Positions 41,501 to 50,276 of a DNA stretch of 64,000 nt are shown here, piece after piece. Location of the stretch: contig JANOAV010000041.1 of NCBI GenBank assembly GCA_031411295.1, forward strand, positions 29,282-93,281. The letters are read 5' to 3'. Each line of letters opens with the position of its first letter. Within the stretch, counting starts at the first letter, position 1. The notes under the pieces were generated by a model that was not told the origin of the DNA, searched no databases, and saw only the letters and a program-made list of their open reading frames with translations. Position numbers and translations under genes: made by a program. The DNA comes from Verrucomicrobiales bacterium. Lineage in GTDB: Bacteria; Verrucomicrobiota; Verrucomicrobiia; Verrucomicrobiales; V1-33.

Positions 41501-41953
41501 CAAGGCGCCATCGCCCGCAGCCAGCTGATTCCGCCGTGCCAGCGTGGCTCCGCTACCGTCGGCTCCAGTGGGCCAATCGCCATTATCAGAATACGTCAGG
41601 GCATCCATGATGCGGCCATTGCGATTGCGAATCCGCAGGGTCTCACTGGAATTACTCAAGCTGCCAGCCCAAGGCCCCAAGGAGCCAGCCAATTTCGCAG
41701 GCGTGGCCGCCACCAGAATAAAAGCCCGCCCCGTCAACAGCGTGCCCTCAGGGAAAGTATAATTGACTCCGCCAGTAATGCTCCAACCGGAAAGATCAAT
41801 GTCCACCCCGGACAGACTTTTCAGCTCGATCCATTCCGTCTCCGTCAGTTCATTCTGCGGATGATATTGGATTTCATTAAAGATGACCGCGGAATCTTGG
41901 GCCGTGACCAAAGAGGGGAGAATCAGCGCGAGGAAGAGCAGAAGACGTTTCAT
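35567..41953 (-). CDS. Large secreted lamin-tail-domain / LamG / CotH kinase-like protein
   Basis: Signal peptide; several LTDs (NEIQYHP..EWIEL, INEIFY..QWIEIYN, EINYNP..EFVEL); LamG (WIHMVVVK, GYLDDVAIW); CotH-like HNALFY..FPWDMD. Confidence 0.85.
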   Translation of the reverse strand: MKRLLLFLALILPSLVTAQDSAVIFNEIQYHPQNELTETEWIELKSLSGVDIDLSGWSITGGVNYTFPEGTLLTGRAFILVAATPAKLAGSLGPWAGSLSNSSETLRIRNRNGRIMDALTYSDNGDWPTGADGSGATLARRNQLAAGDGALAWASSNELGGTPGGSNFSDAETAPRSSKLVPINATWKYEASGVAPAANWKDAAFVDTAWGSGPGILYGGTAKMAEPVAPTIVLGNPGANLLGWWPFSETTGTTAANSASGGTAGTLTGANAAFVADGTRGRVLQLNITSGNVNTTGSYVAVGTLPAFNLTNNFTWSAWVKTTMAASTSVIMGNRYNSSGVDFSPREFIKFTNSAFEWHRGGAGENIAYAALSGTNAAPSAWIHMVVVKTGATLTHYRNGVASGSVGITATPINPQPFYMGGDRTVESWSGYLDDVAIWSTALPTQAITGLAAGTYTPATAPTTATNIANTAGLIPADIQFPLATTTELTDDFNAAAVDSAKWTVENQGLESVANGGYNAPTTGGSLTLGGTSTVSYWTGKSLKSISRYSARSQITAKVDRVSLAVTGTAGRSSLWLYADAAHYVHFSHNLNEGGWSYNSRDDGGTGTNAATGGGVNLALLDSFDLDTSNCEMKLVWVPGTYAGQGTVQIYRNGLLAGSQAVTNWPADFAIVLTGQARQAGDSVTAVFDNFAVQKSTPLRLQTSIPMNAGAHYFRTSFNFTGDPSRTTLGLYPILDDGAVFYLNGQEIYRQNMPVGTPVHGTLATAEVVDGFFPLTPVSVPVTNLVRGNNVLSVELHQNLASSPDLMMGAQLQSVELPAPPADQVARVVLNEISSGLAGTFQIELRNLTTTAQDLSRYSIRDSAGHVVTLSGSLAPDGYAVFTQATLGFRPLTNDRVYLVLDGGQLLDAHTVKNETRARHDSGLWGVPTGGGSFGTANSAWALNDSVVINEIFYSAPGTSAEQWIEIYNKGTAAVDLSGWKFADGISFTFPPATMLGAGEYAVVVWDVAAFNALHPGLPRVFGPFNGNMSGQGERVQLEDAIGNPADEVTFRSDGRWPAFASGTGSSLELKNPASDNNAPEAWADSNETARGVWTNVSYTFSGANLENDPTFYSEFIMGLVNDGEVLIDDISVIEDPTGTNLQLIQNGNFSGGTADKWRNIGNHKTSVVVDDPTSPGNKVLKIVATGYTEHMSNHCETSLKNGTTLPWVINTAKNYTISYRARWVRGSNQLHTRLFFNRGARSELLPMATTGGTPGAQNSVYVANAGPTFSGLTHAPAVPAVSQVATVSVKLADANNVASANIFYAVNGAAFTSTAMTAGLNGLWTGTIPGQAASTKVQYYVVATDGLGATSTFPAAGVNSRAMIPWNDSQALLTLPNGCKPHNFRIVMTTADATALHALNDIMSNEYRPCTVIYDEREIYYHCKVHLKSSEHGRAKQPRVGFMVQFAPDELFLGTHDTIAIDRSGAGDQFSQKEIIVKHTLNRANGIPCTQDDLIRVIAPQTAQTGSAILVKTKLDSTSFLDGQFDGGSKGTLFEYELIYGLYGASITGSTTDNTYEGLKLTQDGDVRGVPVRKLLPGVSKEEYRQHWLIKNNRGGDDYSLLMPLLDTLGQASGATFTTNTNNLMDVNQWLRSWAGQIAWGVGDNYASGAQHNALFYTRPGYKAMYFPWDMDFTATNGFNTSVTPNGELVKLIADAANKRLYYGHLISICDNAFNTGYLNRWMTHYSCFLSEDLTSFATYVSQREAYIRGQVAAAIPAVSFSITTNGGNNYTESNPATTLAGNGWVNVDRIRLAGSVEPLVVTWTSQSTWQVVLPVTFGSNVFNFEALNTAGGVIGTDSITVTGTSSLVPADATNLALVEINYNPGGTNPGREFVELRNVSTNTLLLTGLRFIDGIQFTFPSGMQLAPGARILVVDDSALFTTRYGAGLPIAGQFAPSALSNGGELLTLLDAEGNQIFSYAYNDNIKPTDGNGRSLTRVLSATAPLLTEYVWRASCVDGGTPGTTDTVSFAGAPLADADFDGYTALTEYAFGTSDTDPNSHPVPTEFSTTPGQFTVTVDTAACADDVKIIPEYSTDLTTWQPLDGFPAELPLTGTDIAGNKLRNTLGPVLFPAGDTRFYFHFRVVLR

Positions 41954-42228
41954 GACAAATGGGGATGGGGGAAATTACTGGGTAGGTAACTTGTTGTATC
42001 AGCTTTAATTTGAGATGACAATAGAATCCTTTGAAACCTCGGTCCTGATGGGCTTGATGGTGGAGCTTTGGACGCCATCCCTTTCTTCTTGACCTTGCCA
42101 AATGGATTCAGCACCGGCTGGAACGCGTGGGCATTTTCCGCAGCGCTGGAAGCTACGGCAGTCCCCCTCTGCGTAAATCGCTGGATTTCCACTTCTCAAA
42201 CCTCTGCGGCTGTGCTGTAAACTTCGAT

Positions 42229-42799
42229 ATGCATCTTGTCATCAAACGTCTCTCCTTTGCGTCTCTTCTGACCCTCGCAGTTTGGTCCCCTGCGCCCGCG
42301 CCGGTGAAATCTGCTTTCTTCGTCCACGGCCAACTCGATAACTAATCGCCTTCACCTGCTAATCCATGCCTTCCCACGACTACGTAGCCCTTCAAGCAGA
42401 ACGACGCATTGTCCTTCTCCGTTTACAGAAGGTCATGCTGGATTTTGATCTCGCAGAACTTTATGGCGTCGAAACCCGAGCGCTGAAACAAGCGGTCCGC
42501 CGCAATCTGGATCGTTTCCCTGAGGACTTCATGTTTGAACTGACGACGGAAGAGGAGGAACACTTGAGGTCACAAAATGTGATCTCAAGTTCCCACGGTG
42601 GTTCACGCCACGGTCACCTCGCCTTTACTGAGCAGGGTGTCGCCATGCTTTCCAGCGTGCTGCGCAGTGCTCAATCGGTCCAAAGCCAAGGCTAAGCGCT
42701 AATTCTTTCTCTAACCTCCTTCCTTTCTCTACTATGCACTTTGTCATCAACCGTCTCTCCTTTGCTTTCCTTCTGACCCTTACGGTTTGGTCGCCTGCG
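42229..42799 (+). repeat. Degenerate 66-bp direct repeat (42229-42294 and 42734-42799) equal to the 5' end of the PQQ gene, bracketing ORF6N
   Basis: Manual alignment gives 56/66 identity; MHLVIKRLSFASLLTLAVWSPA vs MHFVINRLSFAFLLTLTVWSPA. Confidence 0.85.
42366..42695 (+). pseudogene. ORF6N-domain DNA-binding protein, C-terminally truncated
   Basis: [39 protein letters not shown]...[16 protein letters not shown], then an early stop. Confidence 0.8.
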
Positions 42800-45700
42800 G
42801 CCACACCTGAGGAATCCGCGGCCCGTGTGCTAGCTGAGGCTGGGACGAAGGGTGGATTCGTGGTCCATTTGGGCTGTGGGGATGGCACCATGACGGCTGC
42901 TCTGCGGAAGAATGATAGTTTCCAAGTGCAGGGCCTGGATCGAGATGAAGCCAAGGTGATGGCGGGTCGGGCGCGTTTGTTGTCGGAGAAAAAGTATGGC
43001 GAGGTGATGCTGGAAACGCTGACGGGGAAATTGCTGCCCTACATCGATAACCTGGTGAACTTGCTGGTGGTGGAAGATCTGGATGGCGTGAGTATGGACG
43101 AGGTGAAACGCGTGTTAGCGCCAAATGGCGTGGCGTTGCTAAAGCAGGGCGATGGCTGGGAGAAGATCGTGAAGCCACGGCCCACGGGCATGGATGAATG
43201 GACGCACTATTATTACGACGCCAAGGGCAATGCGGTTTCCAAGGACATGATCGTGGCTCCGCCGGAACGACTGCAGTGGGTGGGGAATCCGCGGTGGTCG
43301 CGCCACCATGATCGGATGTCCAGCTTAAGCGCGCAGGTGTCGTCGGGTGGGCGCATGTTTTACATCATGGATGAAGGATCGCGCATTTCCATTTTGCTGC
43401 CATCGAAATGGACACTGACCGCGCGCGATGCCTTTAACGGAACTGTCTTGTGGACGAAGAAAATCCCAGAATGGAATCCTCACATGTGGCCATTGAAATC
43501 TGGTCCCACGCAGCTCTGTCGTCGCTTGGTGGCAGCGGGAGATAAAATTTACGTCACGTTAGGGATCAGTGCTCCGGTGAGTTGTCTGGATGCCGCCACG
43601 GGGGAAGTGATCCAAGAGTTCGCTCCCACGAAAGGCGCGGAAGAATTGCTGTTGGTGGATCAGTTACTTTACACGTTAGTGAATCCCAAGGATTGGTCGC
43701 TGGAAGACTTCGCGCCCAAGCTCAACACAGGCGATCAGAAGCGGGTGGAAACAGAATTTAACTGGGACGAACAACCCCGCGTGCTGAAGGCCATCAACGT
43801 GACCACAGGTGCTGTGGCGTGGGAGAAGACAGGAAAATTCGCTCCACTCACGATGGCGGTCGATGGGAAATCGCTGGTCTATCATGACGGATCCAAGATC
43901 GTCTGTCTGGATGCAAAATCCGGTCAGGAAAAATGGGCGACCGAAGGTTCGACGCGGAAACTTTTCGAATACAACTACGGCCCGCGTCTTCTCCTAACCG
44001 AGAAAGAAGTGCTCTACGCTGGTGGCGATGGCGAAATGCTAGCGTTCAATGCGGCGGACGGCAAGAAGCTCTGGGAAGCCCCGCATTCCAAGTCCGGCTA
44101 TCGTTCGCCCGAGGATCTCATCGTGGCGCAAGGACTGGTCTGGAATGCGCCCACAACCTCCGGCGGCATGTCTGGCGCGTTCTCGGGGAGGGATTTGCGC
44201 ACGGGCGAAGTGAAGTCAGAATTCCCCCCAGACATCGACACGTATTGGTTCCACCACCGATGCTACATCGCCAAGGCCACGGAGCGATTCATCCTGCCCT
44301 CCCGCACTGGCATTGAGTTTGTGGATATGGAGCAGAAGCATTGGGATATCAATCACTGGGTGCGTGGCGCGTGTCTCTACGGCGTGATGCCCTGCAATGG
44401 CCTCGTCTATGCCGGCCCGCACAATTGCGCGTGTTATCCAGAAGCGAAACTCGACGGCATGAATGCACTGGCTCCCGGCACGTGTTCCCCGCATCCCGCA
44501 GCCTTGCCGGCAGCGGAACGCACGATTGCAGGACCAGCGTTCGGCCAGCCTGTGAGTGACATTTCACCCGATGCGAAAGACTGGCCGACGTATCGCCACG
44601 ACAACGGCCGCAGCGGTCACACGGATCAGAATTTGCTAGCCAACATGGAAAAACATTGGGAAATCAGCCTCCCAGGCCCGCTCAGCACGCTGAGTGCCGC
44701 CAACGGGATGGTCTTCGTTTCCCAAGTCAATGCCCACACGCTCTATGCGTTGGACATGGTGAGTGGGGCAGAGAAATGGCATTTCACGGCGGGTGGCCGC
44801 GTGGATTCGCCTCCAACTTTTTATAAAGGCCGGGTGATCTTTGGCGGCATGGATGGTTGGGTCTATTGCCTGCGGGCCACGGATGGGGTGCTGATCTGGA
44901 AATTCATGGCGGCACCGAATTTCCGTCGCCACATGGCTTTCGAGCAACTTGAAAGCGTCTGGCCGGTGCATGGCAGTGTGCTGGTGGAGAAGGATCAAGT
45001 GCAGTTAGTGGCGGGCCGCTCCATCTTCCTCGACGGCGGATTGCGATACTATAATCTGGATCCTATCACGGGTAAAATGTTGAACGAGGTGGTCTATGAT
45101 GACAAGGATCCAGAGAATGGAAAGGACATCCAGGAGCGCGTCAAGACCCTGCAAATGCCCGTGGGCTTGAATGACATTCTGAGCAGCGATGGCAAGTGGA
45201 CTTACCTGCGGACGCAGAAGATTGGAACCGATGGCAAGCGGGTGGATATCGGTCCCGTTTCGGGAAATGCCGTGGAGCAAGGGGCCGCGCAACAGGGTGA
45301 TGGCTGCCATTTGTTTTCCCCCATGGGCTTCCTGGATGACTCGTGGTTCCACCGCAGTTACTGGGTCTTCGGCAAGAGTTTCGCGGGCGGGCATAACGGT
45401 TATTATCAAGCCGGGAAATACACGCCGAGTGGCCGCATGTTGGTTTACGATGACAAGAACGTTTACGGTTACGGCCGGAAGCCGGAGTATCTGAAATGGA
45501 CCACGACGATGGAGTATCAATTGTTCTCGGCTAATCGCGAGGCTCCCAAAGTAGCTCCCCAGGCTGAAGGTGGTGGCAAGAAGCAGAAGGAAAAAGGCAA
45601 AGCCAAGGGTCGGGCCGCAGGATCACCGAACGTGAGGTTTCCGCAGTCGGACGCCCTCGATCCCACAGGCAAACCGCTGACCGTGGAAGCCTGGATCATG

Positions 45701-46681
45701 CGCGATGATGGCGATGGCGTGATCCTGGCTTACGGCGGACCAGCTAATGGCTATGCGTTGGCGCTCCACGAGGGAAAACCAGCATTTCACCTTCGCATGG
45801 ATAATAAGCTAACCACCGCCATGGGCAAGGAAGCCGTGACGGATGGCTGGCATCACGTGGCGGGGGTGTTGACGGCGGATCTGAAATTGCAAACCTATCT
45901 GGATGGCAAACTGGTGGCGGAAACGACGGCGCCCAGCCTGATGAAATCCAAGCCAAAGCAACCGATGGAAATTGGTCTGGATAGTGGTGGCTCCGTGGGC
46001 GATTATGAAGATGAATTTCCCTTCGAGGGGTTGATCGATGAAGTGGCAGTGTCCGCGCGCGCTTACACGGCAGCGGAAATGGTGAAACGCAGCATCGTTG
46101 GCAGCATTCCGAAGGAAGGCTGCATGGTTTCGTGTTCTTTCGACAAAGGCGATGCTCGTGATGAATCCGGTGGCAAAACCAATGGCGTCGTGAGTGGCGT
46201 GGACACCGGCAAAGGCAAATCCGGCATGGCCCTGTGGTTCCACAAGGCGGTGGACAACGTGGTGCAAAAGCAGGACGAAACGAAGACGAAGCCCGGTGAG
46301 AAAGTGCCCACCGCGCAAGCCAGCAAGGGGAGCTTCGTGCAGAACAACTGGACGGCCTTCTCCCCGCAGTTTGCCCGCGGCATGGTGATGGCGGGCAATT
46401 CCATCGCGGTGGCAGGACCAGCGGACATGGTGGACGAAGAATATGCCTTCGAGGCCCTAACGCGAAAAGACAAGAGTGTGATGGAACTGCTGATGGAGCA
46501 GGACGCAGCCTTGGATGGCAAGCGCGGAGCGGAAATGATCTTCGTGAATTCCACGGATGGATCCCAAACCGGACGCCTCCATTTGGAGGCACCTCCCGTC
46601 TGGGATGGCATGATCGTGGCCCAGGGTGCCGTCTTCGTGGCCACCACCGATGGTAAAGTTCAACGCTTCGGCAAGCCATGA
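42734..46681 (+). CDS. Secreted PQQ-like (BamB-type) beta-propeller protein with N-terminal methyltransferase-like and inserted LamG domains
   Basis: VHLGCGDG; WTHYYYDAKGN; DWPTYRHDNGRSG; DGWVYCLRATDG..W; LTVEAW..WHHVAGV..GLIDEV. Confidence 0.82.
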   Translation: MHFVINRLSFAFLLTLTVWSPAATPEESAARVLAEAGTKGGFVVHLGCGDGTMTAALRKNDSFQVQGLDRDEAKVMAGRARLLSEKKYGEVMLETLTGKLLPYIDNLVNLLVVEDLDGVSMDEVKRVLAPNGVALLKQGDGWEKIVKPRPTGMDEWTHYYYDAKGNAVSKDMIVAPPERLQWVGNPRWSRHHDRMSSLSAQVSSGGRMFYIMDEGSRISILLPSKWTLTARDAFNGTVLWTKKIPEWNPHMWPLKSGPTQLCRRLVAAGDKIYVTLGISAPVSCLDAATGEVIQEFAPTKGAEELLLVDQLLYTLVNPKDWSLEDFAPKLNTGDQKRVETEFNWDEQPRVLKAINVTTGAVAWEKTGKFAPLTMAVDGKSLVYHDGSKIVCLDAKSGQEKWATEGSTRKLFEYNYGPRLLLTEKEVLYAGGDGEMLAFNAADGKKLWEAPHSKSGYRSPEDLIVAQGLVWNAPTTSGGMSGAFSGRDLRTGEVKSEFPPDIDTYWFHHRCYIAKATERFILPSRTGIEFVDMEQKHWDINHWVRGACLYGVMPCNGLVYAGPHNCACYPEAKLDGMNALAPGTCSPHPAALPAAERTIAGPAFGQPVSDISPDAKDWPTYRHDNGRSGHTDQNLLANMEKHWEISLPGPLSTLSAANGMVFVSQVNAHTLYALDMVSGAEKWHFTAGGRVDSPPTFYKGRVIFGGMDGWVYCLRATDGVLIWKFMAAPNFRRHMAFEQLESVWPVHGSVLVEKDQVQLVAGRSIFLDGGLRYYNLDPITGKMLNEVVYDDKDPENGKDIQERVKTLQMPVGLNDILSSDGKWTYLRTQKIGTDGKRVDIGPVSGNAVEQGAAQQGDGCHLFSPMGFLDDSWFHRSYWVFGKSFAGGHNGYYQAGKYTPSGRMLVYDDKNVYGYGRKPEYLKWTTTMEYQLFSANREAPKVAPQAEGGGKKQKEKGKAKGRAAGSPNVRFPQSDALDPTGKPLTVEAWIMRDDGDGVILAYGGPANGYALALHEGKPAFHLRMDNKLTTAMGKEAVTDGWHHVAGVLTADLKLQTYLDGKLVAETTAPSLMKSKPKQPMEIGLDSGGSVGDYEDEFPFEGLIDEVAVSARAYTAAEMVKRSIVGSIPKEGCMVSCSFDKGDARDESGGKTNGVVSGVDTGKGKSGMALWFHKAVDNVVQKQDETKTKPGEKVPTAQASKGSFVQNNWTAFSPQFARGMVMAGNSIAVAGPADMVDEEYAFEALTRKDKSVMELLMEQDAALDGKRGAEMIFVNSTDGSQTGRLHLEAPPVWDGMIVAQGAVFVATTDGKVQRFGKP

Positions 46682-46696
46682 GCAATGACGAAATGC

Positions 46697-46800
46697 GTGG
46701 CCTGGGCGTGCCGCCCATAAGCCGAGACCACCGGCGGCAGCACGCCGGGGTGAAGTTGGGTTGGAAGTTGCTGGGCTTATGGGCGGGACGCCCATGCCAC
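46697..46800. repeat. REP doublet (REPIN-like): 27-bp inverted repeats with a 50-bp spacer
   Basis: gtggcctgggcgtgccgcccataagcc vs reverse complement of ggcttatgggcgggacgcccatgccac: 25/27; each arm has an internal GGGCG..CGCCC palindrome. Confidence 0.8.
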
Positions 46801-47808
46801 ATGCTGGTGATGCTTTTCCTGCTTGCGTGGCAGAGCATCGCCAACGCCTGCACGGTGCCGGTGTTCCGCTATGCGCTGGACCACTGGCCGTCGGAGCCCT
46901 GGCAGTTGGATGCGCCCATCGGTGCGTTTACGGAAGAACCGCTCTCGGCTGCCTTGCGCAATCTTGGAGCTACTTCCCCGCTCAATCTTACCGCCAGTCC
47001 GCAGGATGCTGGGGATGTCGCAAAGCTCTATTTCCCCGTGCAAACCAGCCCGGAGAAAACCGTGGCGTGGCAGGGAAAATTAGACGCCACCACTTGGGAT
47101 CAACTAACGAATTCCCCAGCCCGACAAGAGTTAACCAAACGCATCTTGGCAGGAGAATCCGCCGTGTGGGTCATGGTGCATGGCTCCGATGCTGCTGAAC
47201 GGGAGGCCCTGGAGACTCGCATCAACAAACGCACGGCATTCCTTGAATCCGCAGCCCAGCTTCCCATCATTGATCCCAACGATCCCGATTCCCAACTGGG
47301 TCCCGGACCGGACGTGATGCTGAAATTTTCCAGCCTGAAAATTGCCCGCACTGACCCTCAGGAAGCCGTCTTGGCAGCCATGCTGGCGGGAACCAAGGGC
47401 TTGGCTGCGTTGCCGCCGGAACAATCTTTTGCCGCATTAGTCTTTGGCCGTGGGCGCGTGTTAGGTGCCTGGCCCGCAAGCGACCTGAGCGAATCGTTCA
47501 TTGACGACACCACGCTCTTTCTCATCAAAGCCTGCTCCTGTCAGGCCAAGGCCCAGAACCCCGGTTGGGATCTGCTCATGAATACGAACTGGGATCAATC
47601 CCTGCGTGCCATCGAGGATGCCCGCACCACGCCCCGACCCGCTCCAGCCAAGCCCGAAATGGTGAGCATCACTCCCAGTCCCTCAGGCACCACAGTGGCA
47701 ACCTCGAGTTTTACTTTTGAGGTGCGGTGGCTGCTTGGGGGGATTGGAGTAGTAATAGCAACGCTGGCGATCTTGGTATTACGTGGACGTCGGGGATCCT
47801 CTGGCTAG
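46801..47808 (+). CDS. Exported hypothetical protein with C-terminal TM anchor
   Basis: Signal peptide then ACTVPVFRYALDHW; VFGRGR; ACSCQAKAQNPGWDLL. The start may lie slightly upstream. Confidence 0.75.
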   Translation: MLVMLFLLAWQSIANACTVPVFRYALDHWPSEPWQLDAPIGAFTEEPLSAALRNLGATSPLNLTASPQDAGDVAKLYFPVQTSPEKTVAWQGKLDATTWDQLTNSPARQELTKRILAGESAVWVMVHGSDAAEREALETRINKRTAFLESAAQLPIIDPNDPDSQLGPGPDVMLKFSSLKIARTDPQEAVLAAMLAGTKGLAALPPEQSFAALVFGRGRVLGAWPASDLSESFIDDTTLFLIKACSCQAKAQNPGWDLLMNTNWDQSLRAIEDARTTPRPAPAKPEMVSITPSPSGTTVATSSFTFEVRWLLGGIGVVIATLAILVLRGRRGSSG

Positions 47809-47841
47809 TTTGTCCTCTGCGCAGGCCAAAAACCGGCAGCA

Positions 47842-48639
47842 TCATTTCGCAGGAATGGTAGTGCTGTCCTTCGGCGGATTCCGTCCGATGAAGGGATGCT
47901 GCTCCAGATCCACCACCTGCCCGCTGACGGGGCCGCTCTCATCCGCCAGCCAATAGATCGCAGCGGCTGCGATTTCGTGCGGCCATAGAATCCGCCCCGC
48001 CGGCGCATAGACCTTGGGCAGGTCCGCATACCAATCATCGCGCAAGCCATGCTCGCGCTTGCGCTTGGCTTCGTTTTCCGTGAGCACCCAACCGGGGTTG
48101 ATTTGGTTGACCCGCACACCACTTTCCCGCATCAGGGTATCGCCCAGATTGCGTGTTAGGGTCATCAGAGCGCCCTTGGAAACGCTGTAGGGCAGCAGAT
48201 TCGGTTCACCGCTGTAGGCATTCACACTGCCGATGTTCAACACGTTGCCCCGCGTGGCTTCCAGATGGGGCAGGGCCGCTTGAATGAGGAGGAAGGGAGC
48301 CAGCGTGTTGACCGCAATCATCTTCATGAAATACGCCGCATCGGTATCGTGAATGTTTCCCGCCGCCACCAACGCAGCGTTGTTCACGATGGCATCCAGC
48401 TTGCCGAAGGTTGCCACCGCCAGTTCCACCAGACGCTGCGGACACCCCTCAGTCGTCAAATCCTCCACCAGTGCCACGGCTCGATCGGCGCCCAGTTCAG
48501 CCACCACGGCTGCCGCCAGATCTGCTTCCAGGCCGTGAATCACCACGCACGCGCCTTCAGCTACGCAGCGCTGAGCGATGGCTTTGCCGATTCCGGTGGC
48601 GCTGCCGGTTACGATGATGACCTTGTCTTGCAGGCGCAT
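47842..48639 (-). CDS. SDR family oxidoreductase
   Basis: TGSATGIG, VNNAA, YSVSK, RVNQINPG. Confidence 0.92.
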   Translation of the reverse strand: MRLQDKVIIVTGSATGIGKAIAQRCVAEGACVVIHGLEADLAAAVVAELGADRAVALVEDLTTEGCPQRLVELAVATFGKLDAIVNNAALVAAGNIHDTDAAYFMKMIAVNTLAPFLLIQAALPHLEATRGNVLNIGSVNAYSGEPNLLPYSVSKGALMTLTRNLGDTLMRESGVRVNQINPGWVLTENEAKRKREHGLRDDWYADLPKVYAPAGRILWPHEIAAAAIYWLADESGPVSGQVVDLEQHPFIGRNPPKDSTTIPAK

Positions 48640-48643
48640 AAAA

Positions 48644-49669
48644 TTAGACGGGTTTGAGCACGGATTTCACTACTTCGCCCTTGTGCATTTTCTCGAACGC
48701 CTCATGCCAATCCGTGATCGGCCAGACCCCTCCGATGATCGGCTTCACATTGAACTGACCGCTGGCCAGCAGGGCAATCACGCGTTCCCAGATGGGCCAG
48801 TTGTGACTGAAACTTCCCTGCAGGGTAATGTTCTTCTGCACCAGCGGATCAATATTGAAGCCCAACGGCTGCGGGCCCCAGCCCACCTTGGAAATCCAGC
48901 CTGCTGGCCGGACGATATCCAGCGCGATCTTCAGAGTAATGCTGGCACCTGCGGCATCGATCACGCCATCGCAGCCCAAGCCATCGCGTTGCAGCGCCCA
49001 AGGCTTGGCATCGCCAATAATCACTTCGCAGCCGCATTGTTTCGCAATTTCCAAACGATGCGCATCCTGGGGCAGGCCAACAATGGCAACCTCCGCTCCG
49101 CAAAGTTTCGCCATCGCTGCGCAGAGAATGCCAATGGTGCCCGGTCCCAGCACCACCACGCGATCCCCTGGCTCGATGCGGGCATTCCGCACCACCGCGT
49201 TATAGGCCACACAGCAGGGTTCCGTTAGGCAAGCCTGCTCGAACGGCAACCCGTCCGGCACGTGATGCAAAATCCGCGCAGGCACTCGAACATACTTCGT
49301 CATGGCCCCGTTCACGCCATAGCCGAACCCCTTTCTCGTGGGGTCCAAATTATACAAACCCCGACGACTCATGGGATTGCTCGGACTGATAATAGCGGCC
49401 GTTTCCGAAACGACCCGATCCCCTTCCTGCCAGCCTTCCACTTCCTTGCCCACCTCCACAATATGCCCGCCAAACTCGTGGCCTAACACCACAGGATAGT
49501 TCACCGGCCAACTGTGATCCGCCGTCCATTGATGAAGATCGCTGCCGCACACGCCAACATTGGCCACCTCCAAGAGCACATCTTCAGCACCAATTGTGGG
49601 CTTGGCGACTTCACGGATTTCGACGGAGCCTTTCTCAGGCGCATAGTTTACGACAGCTGGGGAATTCAT
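48644..49669 (-). CDS. Zinc-binding (sorbitol/threonine-type) dehydrogenase
   Basis: GVCGSDLH, VLGHEFGG, LTEPCCVA, GPGTIG. Confidence 0.92.
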   Translation of the reverse strand: MNSPAVVNYAPEKGSVEIREVAKPTIGAEDVLLEVANVGVCGSDLHQWTADHSWPVNYPVVLGHEFGGHIVEVGKEVEGWQEGDRVVSETAAIISPSNPMSRRGLYNLDPTRKGFGYGVNGAMTKYVRVPARILHHVPDGLPFEQACLTEPCCVAYNAVVRNARIEPGDRVVVLGPGTIGILCAAMAKLCGAEVAIVGLPQDAHRLEIAKQCGCEVIIGDAKPWALQRDGLGCDGVIDAAGASITLKIALDIVRPAGWISKVGWGPQPLGFNIDPLVQKNITLQGSFSHNWPIWERVIALLASGQFNVKPIIGGVWPITDWHEAFEKMHKGEVVKSVLKPV

Positions 49670-49836
49670 AGGCCCCCAGCATACTCCATTCCCACCATCC
49701 GCAACCCCCACCAAGCCCCTGAGCCATACGATAACGCGAAAACAAATATGCCCCCGCAGGCAAATGATCGCGTTGCCTCAAATCTCTTTGCCAAGCCAGA
49801 ACAATCGAGCATAGTTGCCCCCTTTGCCAAGCACAG

Positions 49837-49910
<74 letters not shown>

Positions 49911-49920
49911 TTGCTTGCTA

Positions 49921-50262
49921 TCAATATCGAGCCATCCCCGGCTCCTGCTCGTCCGCCCAGGCGTCGATGCCGCCGCGCAGGCTCCAGCAATTTTTGACGC
50001 CTTTCTGGCGCAGGAAATAGGTGGCTTGCAGGCTTCTCATGCCGTGATGGCAGTAAACGATGACTGGCTCCTCGGCATCGGTAAATTTCCGCGGAGCGTC
50101 CTGGGCGAAGCTGGATAAGGGATGCAGCTCTGCCCCCTCAATGTGACAGATGCGCCATTCGTCATCCTCCCGGCAATCGACCAGCCGGAACTGGGCCCCG
50201 CTGTCGCGCAGCGTGGCCAGTTCCTGACAGCTCAATTCATGGGTGTCCGTTGGGGGAAACAT
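49921..50262 (-). CDS. Rhodanese-like domain protein
   Basis: LVDCREDDEW..CHIEGA; VYCHHGMRS; SLRGGIDAW. Confidence 0.9.
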   Translation of the reverse strand: MFPPTDTHELSCQELATLRDSGAQFRLVDCREDDEWRICHIEGAELHPLSSFAQDAPRKFTDAEEPVIVYCHHGMRSLQATYFLRQKGVKNCWSLRGGIDAWADEQEPGMARY

Positions 50263-50276
50263 CAGGTGGCGAGAAA

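Noticed and set aside
45744..46853. 369-aa Arg/Pro/Cys-rich minus-strand ORF
   Set aside because: Off-frame antisense to the PQQ gene; composition typical of GC-rich non-coding frames.
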